Part shown: piece after piece, positions 25,664-38,298 of the stretch
How positions within the stretch are numbered: the first letter of the stretch is position 1
How the letters are laid out: each line of letters begins with the position of its first letter
Assembly: GCA_017654855.1 (NCBI GenBank)
Contig: CM030335.1
Coordinates: forward strand, 1,240,001 to 1,304,000
Origin: Podospora anserina
Taxonomy: Eukaryota
Direction of reading: 5' to 3'
Length of the DNA: 64,000 bases
Program-made: the position numbers and the translations under genes
Notes under the pieces: generated by a model
The model's input: the letters and a program-made list of their open reading frames with translations, nothing else
The model's database searches: none
What the model was told of the DNA's origin: nothing

Positions 25664-26259
25664 TATTCATAGAAAAAATATACTTTAACTTCCTGTATTT
25701 AGCAAAATTTAAATTTATAACAAAATAAAAAATACAATCAAAAAAACCTGATAAATACTTGAAGGCTATTAAAAGACTTTTTAATATTTCTATATAATCT
25801 AGAATCCTAAATAAATAGAATAACTGAATTAATTATTAGATTTATGCTTTTAAATAAGGTCAAAACAAAAAATGTAATACTTAAGTGATGTGAGATTGGT
25901 AGAAAAAAAGTTTAATGAGTTATAAAGAAGCTTTTTCTTTATAAAGACCTAGTTAGTTAGGTCTTTATAAACTAAGATAATACTCTTATGAATTGTTGTA
26001 TAGAAATTATTAGAGTATAGTCATACAAAAAAGTTTAAAACAAGGCCTTTCGATAAATATGCAACGTTAAAAGTTTAATTAATTAAAGCTTTTTATTTAG
26101 AAGCGTATATTATAATTAAAATATATTGCTTAATAATATTTATACTAAAATATAACCTTTACTGATTAAAACCTTACTAATTGGTTCCCTATACATAGTG
26201 CTCTTTTCTTTAGAAATTAAAGTACAAAAGTCTAGAGTTATAAAATACTAATAGATTAA

Positions 26260-26701
26260 TGTCACAGTTAACCCAACAGCAGGCCGCGCCACATGTGGGG
26301 CGCAGGACGTCCCTAGCCAATCATTAGAGAAGTCAGGAGACAGCCAATCAGGGCTGGACGAAAGTGCTATGGCGCCAAGACACACGAGCACTCTGCAGGA
26401 TGCAAGATGCTACGAGTGATCAGAGGCATAGCACGACGAGCACTTTGCAGGATGCAATGTGCTATGGGTAATCGGGGCCGTAGCAGGGCGAGCACCTCAG
26501 GGCCCCAGGATCTATATATACGGAGGAACTGGCTGGTGTAGATAGACAGTTCCGCAGTATGCAATCCACAGTTGTATTCACGGTATCTTGTGTTTACATT
26601 GAGACATCTTGTTGTGCACTGTCTAGCTGCACCGAACCAATTGTCAGAAGTTACCTTCAACCCGTATCCCTTTCAGAGGTTCTGTACAGGGGTTCGTCAC
26701 A
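26260..26701 (+). mobile_element. Solo LTR of the main family, U3 type b
   Basis: TGTCACAG..TTCGTCACA, exact TSD ATTAA, shared core, little RIP. Confidence 0.93.
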
Positions 26702-28312
26702 ATTAACTATGCGAGATATTTCTGTATATTGTAATAATGAATTAGCAACATTTTCTTTCATTAATCTTATATATCTTTAAAAGTTTTACTTTCTTGTCTA
26801 GCTTAATTGAAGATTGAAACTTTACATTTGATTAAACTAATTCAAATTTTTATAATATTGCTGATTCTTTAATAACTTGGAAATCATTATAAATCTCTTT
26901 AAGCTAATCTCTATTTAACTATGAGTCTGAAGCTAAAATATAAGGAAACTACTAATATAAATCTCATTAAAAGTAATTATTAATAACTAGGCCTTTAACT
27001 ATTGATGCAACATAATTTTTAACTTATACAGGTTTCCTAACTTCTAAAACGTAAAAACTTTAATTTTTAATATAAAATGATATTTGATATAATGAAGTAT
27101 AATTATATAATAAATGATATGTTGTTTCTACTATTTAATGATTTATTATATTAATAGCTTTTTAATAAGAAACATATAATACTACTCATTGAAATATTCT
27201 AACACTTTACTACTTGTTTTTAAAATTACCATTTTCATAACAAGCAAACCTAATATTCTCCTCTTTTATATTATACCCCGGCTTTTTGTTTCTTGAACAC
27301 TATTCATTAATATTAAGATATGATTTGTAAAGGTTTAACTAACTAGGAGCCTACAAAAAAGGAGCCACTTTATAAAGTAAGATATTTTAGGGCTATAAAT
27401 ATATTATAATTAATGTTTTAGATATCAACAGTAATTTCTATATATTTATCTTTCTATTATTACTAGATTGTCACAGTCAAGCTAACGGGCAGGGTGGACC
27501 GTGTGCGGGGTACGACACGCACAGCCTATCGCTAGTAGAACTGATCAGGACGGGAATGGCCTCACCTATATGATCATTGCCAAGAGTCAATAATCTAGCG
27601 CGGGATTATTGCTAAAGGTTAATAATCCAGGGCAGAATCATTACTAAAGGTTAATAATTTAGGCGATTACTAGGTCTACATATACGGAGAAACTGGATGG
27701 TACAAATAAATAGTTCCTTAATATATAATATAAATTATAATCGTTAATATCTAAACTATTATAATTACAACAAGCTATTTATTATATACTACTTAATTAT
27801 ATTAAACTATGTGACGAACCCGTATCCAGAACCTCTGAAAAGGATACTGGTTAATAGCACTTCTAAATAATCCTAGTTTGGTACAGCTAAATAATATACA
27901 ACAAGTAGCTTATCTTAATTATAATAGTTAAGATACTAACGATTATAACTTATATTACATACTATGAAACTATTTATCTATACTAGCTAGTTTCTCCGTA
28001 TATATAAACCTAGGGACCGTGGACCGTTAATTTATAAACGGTCATCAGTTTACTCCTGATTAGCCGATACTAGACCATGGACCGTGAGCCCCGCCGCAAT
28101 CCCCGGTCCCTATTTATTAGTCTATTCTATTTACTTAAATCGTAAGTCCCGCTCCGTCGCCCGGTTTAGTCCTAATTAATTTCTTATAGCCTTACTATTT
28201 TTTAAAACTGTAATATATACTCCCTTTCCAGGCTGAAGTTCTCACGGCTAAGTTTTTATTTTTATTAATAATATTATAAGTTTTTCTTTTTTACTTTTTT
28301 TTACTTTTTATT

Positions 28313-28967
28313 ATATTTAACTATATATAGAAACGTTATTATAAAATTGAAGAATTTTTTCTTTTACCTTGTAAATCGTTTACTATAATTCTACTATAAT
28401 ACTTTATTCTATCTACTTTACCGCCGGAATCCTTTATATTATAACCTCTAAACTTTTATAATATTTTAAATATATACGTGATAAGATTCTATATTATAAG
28501 TTTAATATTAACACCGCCTCTAACTATATTTTTCCGTCTTTTTCTACCGCAATTTATTACTCTATAGTAACCTGAGCAATAGAAAAGTAAAATAGATTCG
28601 AACGTAAAGAGTAAATAAAAGCTTAAAGATTAACTTTTAAAATTAATTATTAAATTTATTCGGGTAAAATAAATATATTACTTTCTCCGTACTTGCGACA
28701 AGCGTTTTTTTTCGCGGGATATCTAGGAGGAAGATACTTAAGTAGCGTAGTCCGTAATTATAGTATTATTTAATTCTTTACCGGGTACTCCTACGCGGCC
28801 GGACGGCGCCTGAAATATTAGCCTGTAATCTTCTTACGTTCCGGACCTTTCTTTAAGCTTTAACTAACCTTCCGACCTTTCCTTCGATCTTAATATAGCC
28901 GGTTTCTTCCTTCCTACCTATATAAGGCACCGCTGGTAACGTACCTTTTATTGCTTAAAGTAATTAA
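28313..28967 (+). pseudogene. Antisense accessory ORF of element X: Zn2Cys6-like cluster, coiled coil, acidic/aromatic tail
   Basis: 28405-28497 reads Y-x2-Y-x6-Y-x8-Y-x2-Y-x6-YY (TAY = RIP product of TGY Cys); tail PDLSLSFN*PSDLSFDLNIAGFFLP; ends approximate. Confidence 0.7.
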
Positions 28968-29009
28968 AGTGTATAACGTTAACTATACTTAAATTCCTTT
29001 ATACTTTCC

Positions 29010-29083
29010 AACCTCGTAATATAATATATAATATATTAATTATTATATCGAAGGTATAGATAGGTTCGATTCCCGTCGAGGTT
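29010..29083 (+). ncRNA. tRNA-like element (antisense) in element X
   Basis: 74 nt; AACCTCG/CGAGGTT acceptor-like stem; intact B-box GGTTCGATTCC at 29063-29073; A-box position RIP-degraded. Confidence 0.6.
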
Positions 29084-32000
29084 CTCCGAATTTTAAGTTT
29101 ATAGAAACCCTTTCGTAAACTTAAATACATTCTTTTTAATTATCCTATTAATAATATATTTTCGAAATTTTTTATAGTAATTGAAGTACATGGTATTAAT
29201 TAAACCTAGGTTCCTTCTTTTTTTATTAACCTCGTAGTATAATCTATAATACGTCGTTCACTCAATTAAAAGCGTAAATTCGATTCCTATCGAAGTTTTA
29301 TATGTAAATATTGGTTTTTTATTCAAATTATTTTCGGTATTACTAGTAAAAGTCTTTCTATTTATTGAAATAATTAATATTCATTTCCAGTTTCTATAAA
29401 CTATTTATAACAGAATATTTTAATTAATTAACTAAATATTTTTATTTATCTTTATTAAATTATAAAATTAACATTTTTTATATCGGGGTTTTTTGTCGTT
29501 TTTCGATACTTTTGACGTATTAATTTTATTTACCGGTAATACGGATTTTAAAAGTAAAAAATAAAAAGTATATAACCTTAAATATATTATATTAAATAGC
29601 TTGAATTGAAATACCGTTTCCGATATCTTTCATTTAACCTTAAAAATCTTATTTTTTTATAATTTTTTTTTTACTAAATCTCTTAATATAAATATTATAT
29701 ATAGAAAGGAATATTATATCTCTCCCTTTAAAGCCAGGTCCCTCGAGTTTTTTAGTATTATAATATTTCCGTATCTTTTTCTTTATAAACTCTAATTCAT
29801 TTTAAACTTCCCGTAAAATATATATAATGTATTTACTTTAACCTTAATCCTAAATACTCTAACGTTAAGTCCCTACGATAAGTCTACTTTATATTTAAAA
29901 TTTACGAAAAATAATGTAACTTTATTTATTTTTCCTAATAACATATTATATATTGATTATATTATAAATACTAATTTAACTGAATACGTTTACTCGAAAT
30001 TAATATCATTCCGTAAATACTGTTCTATAATTTAATTAAACCGTTCCGTTTCATTATTTATTTAAAGGTAATGAACCGAAAATACTTTACTTATTATCCT
30101 TAACCTCGTTATTAATGCTTTTTAAAAATTTTAATATAAACATGGTATCGAGGTTTATGATAATTTCCTTTCATTATGTATATATGATTATAATATACCG
30201 TAATATTATATCCGTTAATTCCTTTACCGATTAAATTTTCTTATAAAGTAAAAAGTATGTTTCTTTAGTAAATCTATCAATTATTATTACTTATCTCTGT
30301 ATTTAACGTTAGTTACTATATTTTTAGATTTTAATAATTATTAATAAAGTTTATAGTAATTAAACTCTAAGATTGTTCCGCCATTAATAATAATTTTAAA
30401 AATCTAAAAGGCTTATACTTTATAATCCTTATTTTTTTATACGTATATAGTAGTACAAATAAATAACCTTTTTAGCGTTATTTTTAATTCTTAATTAATT
30501 AAAGTATTATTTAAATGTTTCTAGATTCTTTATAATACTTATATATTTTTCAAGTTTCGACCCGTAAATTTTTATTATTAATATTATTTTATTATTAACT
30601 TTACATACGTTTGATTTTTATACTATAGTTTTCTTTAATTACTTTTTTCACATATTTTATAATTTTAACCTTTTTTATTAATGTTACTTTATGATATTAT
30701 TATTTAATTTCCTTTAATAATTGTCAAAAATATTTTCTTTATAATATAATATATAATACTTTATTTACGGTTAAAGCAAATATTAAAAAATATCTTTTAA
30801 CGTTTCCTTAAGTGATAATGGTAATTTCTTAAATATATTTTTATAACAATTAGCTCTCTGGTTATATACGTTTGCCCTAATATTCTCCGAATCTTTTTTA
30901 TCATTAATTTAAAAATTAAATTCCAAAAGAGATTTTAATTAATATATTTACCATACGTTAAAAGTCTTTATAATAATTAAGTATCGTAGGTTCTAATAAT
31001 TTATATAGACCTATACTGTATAATTAATATTATTAAAGTGTAGCCTTTACTTTTCGAGCTTTTCGATAATAATAAATGTTTTTTTCTTATAAACTAAATA
31101 GCTTTAACGTACCCCCTTTAATTCTTTTTAAAAAGAATTATCGGGTATAACTTTTTATTCATTATTTTATTAACTTAATCATTTACCGATCGTATAATTT
31201 AATATATTAACCTCGACTTTGAATCGTCAATTAGGGTTTAGTAATTTAAGAATTAAAGTTTTTAATAAATTTTTTAAGCTCTTGAAAGACTTACTTTTCT
31301 TCTTACCCCCACCGGAACTCTATATTCTTTTTGATCAAATAATGAAATAATTACGAAATCCCCGCGTACCCCCGGATAAATATCTAATAAAAATTTATAA
31401 ACTTTAATTCTTTTAACATATATCTATAATTATAATATGAATTAATTTTGATTCATTATAATTCTTTTAAATTTCATATAAATCTCTCTTAATAATACTA
31501 AATATTTAAATATACTATTATTTATATATAAAATTCGCTCTTTTCTTATTATTCAAAAGTCTAGCTCCGTATAGCGTATTAGATATTTTCCGTACGTATC
31601 GCCTATATTTCTTTCAAGTACATAAGTAAATAAAACTATTATTAAATAATATATCATTATTTTATTAAGGTATATCCGAAGTATATAAATAGTAAAAAGT
31701 ACAAATATTATTAATGATATTAATTAACTGGAATAGTATTATAAAGTATTTAATACAATTATAAGGTGATTGAAATATTATTTTTTATTTATTTCTTTTT
31801 TTAGTTTATATATAAATATATTTAACACGTATATTTAAATATATCAAACATTCTGTTTTAACTAATTAACTCAGTAATATAAATATCAATAATGATAAGT
31901 AAATATTTTCTACTATTTTATTATTTCATTAATACTAATTTATATATAGTTTTAGATTACTATCCTTCTTCGTTACGAAAAATATAGGGTATCTTACTAG

Positions 32001-34997
32001 CGATATAGATTCCTTAATATATCCTTTCTTTAAAATTTATTTCAATTTTTCTATAACTCTTTATTTTACTTATCTTTAATTTCATAAATCTAAAATAACT
32101 ATAGTTTAATTCATTTTTTTAATTAAATTTCGTAGTCTTATAGTCCTCGCTTTAAAAGTCCCTTTGAATAATTAGCTGTAAAAATTCAATATTTTCGGTA
32201 TTCTACCGGTACTGCTTTTTTCTCGCTTTTTTCGATACTATTATAGTAAGTATATTTACTAACATTCGATATTTTTACTAACGTTAATAATCTTATTCCT
32301 TCAATTTTACTGCCTATGTTAATAAAGTATATTATTATTTTTTATGTTCTTTACGGTAATACTATAACGGGTATTTATTTATTTTATCCTTTAATCTATG
32401 TATATTCCTAATCTCTTATCGTTAATTAATTACTTTCAAAATTCTTTTGGTTGTAAGTAGCTACTATCCTTCTAATTAATATCCAAATTATGATTTTGAT
32501 ACTATAATTACCTTAAAAGTTTATCTTTTGAGGGTCCTATATTTATAATATTAAATATAATTAAAATTATTTTCTTTTAAATATAATATTTAGAAATAAT
32601 ATTTTTCCAGAAATTTTTTATATTGGCTATAGTCTTGATATAACGATTTATTTTTTATAGTATTTTAGTTTTAATATACGAATTATAATAAAATTGAATT
32701 TGTTTCTATGCTTTTATTTAATAATATTACCGCTTAAATATTTCTTAATATGTTGCAACGTGGAGATATTGGTTTTTTTTGCTTTCTCCTTATATGATAA
32801 AAATTTTATTAACGAATATTAAGTCGTTATCCTATACTTTCGCTTTACGCCGATATTTTGATAATATTATTTATAATATATTAAATGATATTAGGTTGCG
32901 CGAAGGGCAACGAGTCGTTTTTTAAGCGATTATATTATTTAAAAGCGTTTTTTTACTCTGGGTTATTTCATAATATAAAATTTTTTAATTACCCCTTTTT
33001 AATTTGCTTTTATTTTCCGTTTTTAGATTTTTTAATATTTTATTATATTTACATTTGATAGCGGTGCTTTTTTCAATTATCTCCGTAACCCATTTTATTT
33101 GATAATATTGATTAACTTTCTTTTGTTAATGTACTACGTAGTCCGGGCCTAAGTACTATTTTAATACCGCTCCTTCCTAAAAAAACTATATTATCGTCCG
33201 TATTCTTACTATCCGTATACTCCGAAGTAGTAGCTCGTATACTTTAAAGCTAACTATATTACCAGAAACCTATTCTTTAATTTAACCGGGTCCTGAACCT
33301 TCTATAAGAAATAGTTATTTAGGTTTTCGTACGCTCTTTCCTGTTTAACTATAATCTTTTTAACCGGCTATGGTTTACCCTCTTTAGTTACTTCACGTAC
33401 CGGCTAATAACTATATAGTAATTTACCTTAAGAATACTTTATATATTAATATATAATATATTAAAATTAAATGTACCCTTGGGTATTCCGGATATGAAAA
33501 TAAATTTATATTACAATTTTTCTTAAGGTATATACTATATAAAGATAAGTATATCCCCTAACCGTTTCGAGATTTTAACATTCATAACTTTCTTATTTTC
33601 TTTATATTCCTTTTTATACTTTTATATATAAGCTTTATAAATTATTCTTACGAAATAATAATTTTATATTTATTGTGTTACTTCTTTAGTATCGTTTACA
33701 GGGTAGGTCCTCTTTACTATATAAGGTTATTATTTTTAATAATTTCCGTAGCAATTTCTATAGTAATTTATATTAATCCATTTTATATACCTATGTTTAA
33801 ATCTTTCTCTTCATACTCTGCTTTTAGCCTTTCTATTACTTTTCGTAACTTTTAAATTTTTTCTTCATTCGGTATATTAACTAAAATCTTTCTCGAAACT
33901 TACTATTTTACTTTAATAATACCCGATAGTTATGACTTTATAATCCTTAGTCCTTTTAATATAATAATTCATATGATTTCTTTTTTTATTCGAATCGTTT
34001 AAATACCTTATAATCTTTTTTAAAGTCATTTACTTTACTATAATTAAAATACCCAAAGTTATTCCTACCTTAACACCGGCTTTATGGTTTTCATTATTAA
34101 ATAGCGTTACCATTTATTTGTTTTAAATATATAATACTAAAGTAATTAATATTAAATCATTCCAACTTTCGTTTATTATTAAATTAATTATTAAAGTATT
34201 CTTTATTATTATTACCATAGTAACTTTAATTATTTTTTTTCTTCCGTATAACGTTAAATTTAATGATCGTTAATTGACATAATTATAGTAATATATTTAT
34301 TAATAATATTAAGCTTCAACTCTTTATATAATTTATTCTTTACCTTTTCTTTAAAGTTATCATAAAAGGTTATATTAGTCCCTCATTATTAATAGTATTA
34401 TATAAGCTATCGATTTTAAACAAAACTATATAATTAACCGTTGTACAGGTTTAGCATAGGTTTATAAAAAACCTTTATATATATTTTACCTTATTATATT
34501 TTTTAAATTTAACTTTAAAGATTATAACAACTTTCCAAATATTCTATAGTAATTCTTTTTCAGTCCTTTAACTCTTTTTTATAATAAATATTTAGGATAG
34601 ATTGGATTTATATGAAAGCTTTATCTTGAAGTTTAATAAACGCGAACATTATTTTCAATTCTTCGTTAATAAATTAATTTAGGTATTAACGAAAATAGGG
34701 TTTAAATTAAATTAAGAATTCTTTAAGATTTATATTTCCATCCTTATAGTATTTTAATACCGGAAAGTTAGGTATTACTTTAGGTACGGCCGAAATGATA
34801 ATAATTTATTTTTATTATTATTAAACTTTATTCTCGAGCTCGTGAAAGCGTTATTTTATAATAATAAAAGTAGGTTTAGTACTGGTAGAAGGTCCCTCGT
34901 TACCTAGGCTAGGCAGGACGCCTCCTATCTTAACGTTCTAAGATCCGGCTATAGTAATGAAAAAACGTTTTTAATTTATCTATAATAGAGTCAACGT

Positions 34998-35009
34998 CAG
35001 TATATAATA
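34998..35009 (-). promoter_or_regulatory. Self-priming-type primer binding site of element X
   Basis: TATTATATACTG directly after the 5' LTR is the RIP-altered reverse complement of the LTR core CAGTATGCAATA; Y has GTTGTATACT at 35428-35437. Confidence 0.65.
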
Positions 35010-38000
35010 TATAACGAACCCCTATCTAAAACCTCTAAAAGGAATATTAATTAAAAGTACGTTTAAATAATCCTAGTTCGGTATAATTAAATGGAATATG
35101 ATAAATAGTTTATATTAATTATAATAATTAAACCACTAACGATTATAATATATATTATATACTACGGAACTATTTATTTACACTAGCTAGGTCCTCCGTA
35201 TATATAGACCTAGGGACCGTGGACCGTTGACTTATAGACGGTCCTCGGTCCACTCCTGATTGGCCGATGCTGGACCGTGGACCGTGAGCCCCGCTCGATC
35301 GCCCGGTCCAGTCCTGATTGGTTCCTTGTGGCCCTACTGTCTTCCACAACCGTGACAAACTAGGATTATTTAAAAGTACCTTTAATTAATATCCCTTTTA
35401 AAGGTTCTAGATAGGGGTTTATTATACGTTGTATACTTACTTTAACTCTATTATAGTTAATCTAAAAGCGTTTTTTTATTACTATAGCCGCACTTAATAA
35501 TATTGAAATAAGAAATATCCCGCTTGATTTAAGTAACGAAGGACCTTCCACTATAATAATTAGATCTAATATTTACGTTTGCGAAATGGTTTATTAAACG
35601 CGTTAAAGACCTTAAAAGCAATATTTAGTGGATCCGGGATTAAATTACTATTATAATAATTATACTTGAATTGATACCTAAATTTCCAGTACTAAAGTAT
35701 TTATTTTAAAGGAAAAAAAGTAAAGTGTAAAAGGTTCTTAATTTAGTTTAAAACTTATTTTCGTTATTACTTAAATTAAGTTATTAACGAAATATTAAAA
35801 GTGATTTTCGTAGCAATTAGGGTTAAAGATAGAGCTTTTATATAATTGGAACTTATTTTTAACCACTATTATAAAGAGGAGGTGGAAAAGTAGGAAAAGA
35901 TTAGGGTTTAATACTATTATATTTTTTTAAACTAAGTTTAAAGAAATATTCAAGAAACATAGTAAAATAAAAATTATATAGGAAAGGCTCGTAAACCTAT
36001 ATTAAATACGTTTAATAGTAAATTATATAGCTGTGTTTAAAATCGATAATTTACGTAATATTATTAACGATAAGGGATTAGAACAGCTTTTTGATAATCG
36101 TTTTAAGGAAAAGGTAAAGGATAGGTTATATAAGAAATCGAGGCAGGATACTATCCATTAATATATTACTATAGTTATATAAATCGATGATCGGTAATTT
36201 TAATATTATATAAAAAAAGTAATTATAAAAATTAGTATAGCAGTAATGATGTTAACAATAAATATAAATGGTAATGCTTTAATATTAATTACTCCGGTAT
36301 TATTTATACAGGACTAATAGAAGTCGACGCTATATAGTAATAGAAGCTGTAAGGCCGGGATTAAAGTAAAGGTAACTTTATATAATTTGATTATAGTAAA
36401 GTAAAATATTTTGAACAGGATTATAATGTATTTAAACAATTCAGTAAAAAGAAATGAATTACGGTAATTACTATATTAAAAGGACCGAGGGTTATAAAGC
36501 TTATAATTATTAGGTACTAAAAGTAGTTTTAAATTTGAAGGAAGATTTTAATTAATATAGTAGATAAAAGAAAGCAGAGGTCCAGAAGGTACGGGAAGTA
36601 ATAGAAAAGATAAAGGTAAAGTATAAGAAAAGAGATTTTTCAATATATAAATTTTTAAGGAAATTACTACGGAGGTTATTAGAGACGATAGCCCTACATA
36701 ATAGTAAGGACTTACTTAGTAAATCATACTAAAGAAATAATACGAATCATAGAAAATAAATATTATAGCTCTAAAAACTTGAATATAAGAGATAAAAGGA
36801 ATTTTAAAAAACATACATAAGGTTATTAATATTAAAATTGTAAAACAAGGTACCGAAATAAAGTTAATTTTATTACAGTTCGTACATCAAATTAAAAGAC
36901 AATTATCAAAAAAGGAATAGATTATAATATAAGAACTATTTCCGATGTAAAAGGTTCATAGAGAAATGTTATTTGTAAATATTATAGCCGAAAGGAAAAT
37001 AATTCTGATTATATCTAATATTTCTAATATAGAACCTTCGAAAGACAGAATCCTAACGTCACTAGAATATAACAACTATCCTCTAAATATTAAAGGGATA
37101 GTAGCTATTTATAATTATGACAACCTTAAAAGCATTTAATTAACAATAGAACATTGAAAGTACGTATAAAGCAAAGTGTCGGATAAGTACCCTTTACAGT
37201 ACTACCGTAAAGAACCTGAAAAATAATAATATATGTTGTGAACATAAGCGGTAAAATTAAAGAAATATGGTTAACGACGTTAGTAAAGATATCGGAGGGT
37301 AATATATATATTTATTATAATAGAATAGAGAAAGGTGAGAAAAAGGTGGTACTAATAGAACATCGAGGATATTTAGTTTTTACGGTTAAATGTTTAAAGG
37401 GACTTTTAAAGCAGGGACCGTAGGAATACGAAATTAAGTTAAAAGAAGGCATTAAACTTTGACTATTTATGGTCTATTATATTAACGATAAGTAAAGTAA
37501 TGAATTACGGAAATACCCAATAAAAGATTTAAAGAAAGAATATACTATGGAGCTTATGTCGTTCATAAAATACCTTATATTTTTAGTGCCGAAGAAAAAC
37601 GGTAGTTTACGATTATATATAGATCATCATTAATTAAATAACGAAACGGTAAAAAATATGTACCCGCGACTATTAATACTTAAATTATAAAATCAATTAA
37701 TTAGGGCACGATACTTTATATATTTCAAAATATATACTAAGTACGCTTATATATAAATTAAGAAAAAGAACAAATAAACAATGGCGTTTTATATACCTTA
37801 TAATTATTTTAAATATTTTGTAATAGTATTCGAATTACTTAATATATTTATAACGTTTCGATTTTTTATTAATTATATAATTCCAAAATACTTTACTAGA
37901 ATAATAATATATTATTTTAATAACGGTTTTATTTATTCCTATACATTAAAAGAATATAAGTAATATATACGAAAGATAAAAAACGCGTTATATAAAACCG

Positions 38001-38298
38001 GATTTTCAATTAATAAAGAAAAAAACGAGTTTATATATAAAAAATAATATATTTAAAGTATTTAATATCATTAATTAAAGTATAAATAAAACTTAAGAAA
38101 ATCATAGTAATTAAGGATTAGCCTATACTATAATTATCAATATATAATAAAGAACTTTTAAGATTCGTAAATTTTTATTGAATATTTATCCGGAAATATA
38201 TAGGGATCGCGTAATTACTTAACTATTTGCCTCAAAAAACGTAGAGTTCCGGTAAAAGTAGGAAAAGGAGTAGGCCTTTTAAGAACTAAAAGAAGCTA

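Larger units (their letters stand above)
21763..27468. mobile_element. Heavily RIP-degraded older retroelement relics hosting the younger insertions
   Basis: Very AT- and TpA-rich with no long ORFs; weak gag/protease-like remnants (~22400-22560, ~26040-26130); orientation appears mixed. Confidence 0.4.
27810..35357 (-). mobile_element. Full-length Gypsy/chromovirus element X (7548 bp, U3 type d), RIP-inactivated; LTRs 35010-35357 and 27810-28215
   Basis: Exact TSD AACTA inside the 5' LTR of Y; PPT GGAAAGGGAG next to the 3' LTR; gag-PR-RT-RH-IN-chromodomain remnants collinear with Y. Confidence 0.92.

Noticed and set aside
29010-29083. Calling the tRNA-like unit a functional tRNA-Arg(ACG) gene
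   Set aside because: The anticodon stem does not pair convincingly in any copy and all copies are RIP-damaged, so it is reported only as tRNA-like.
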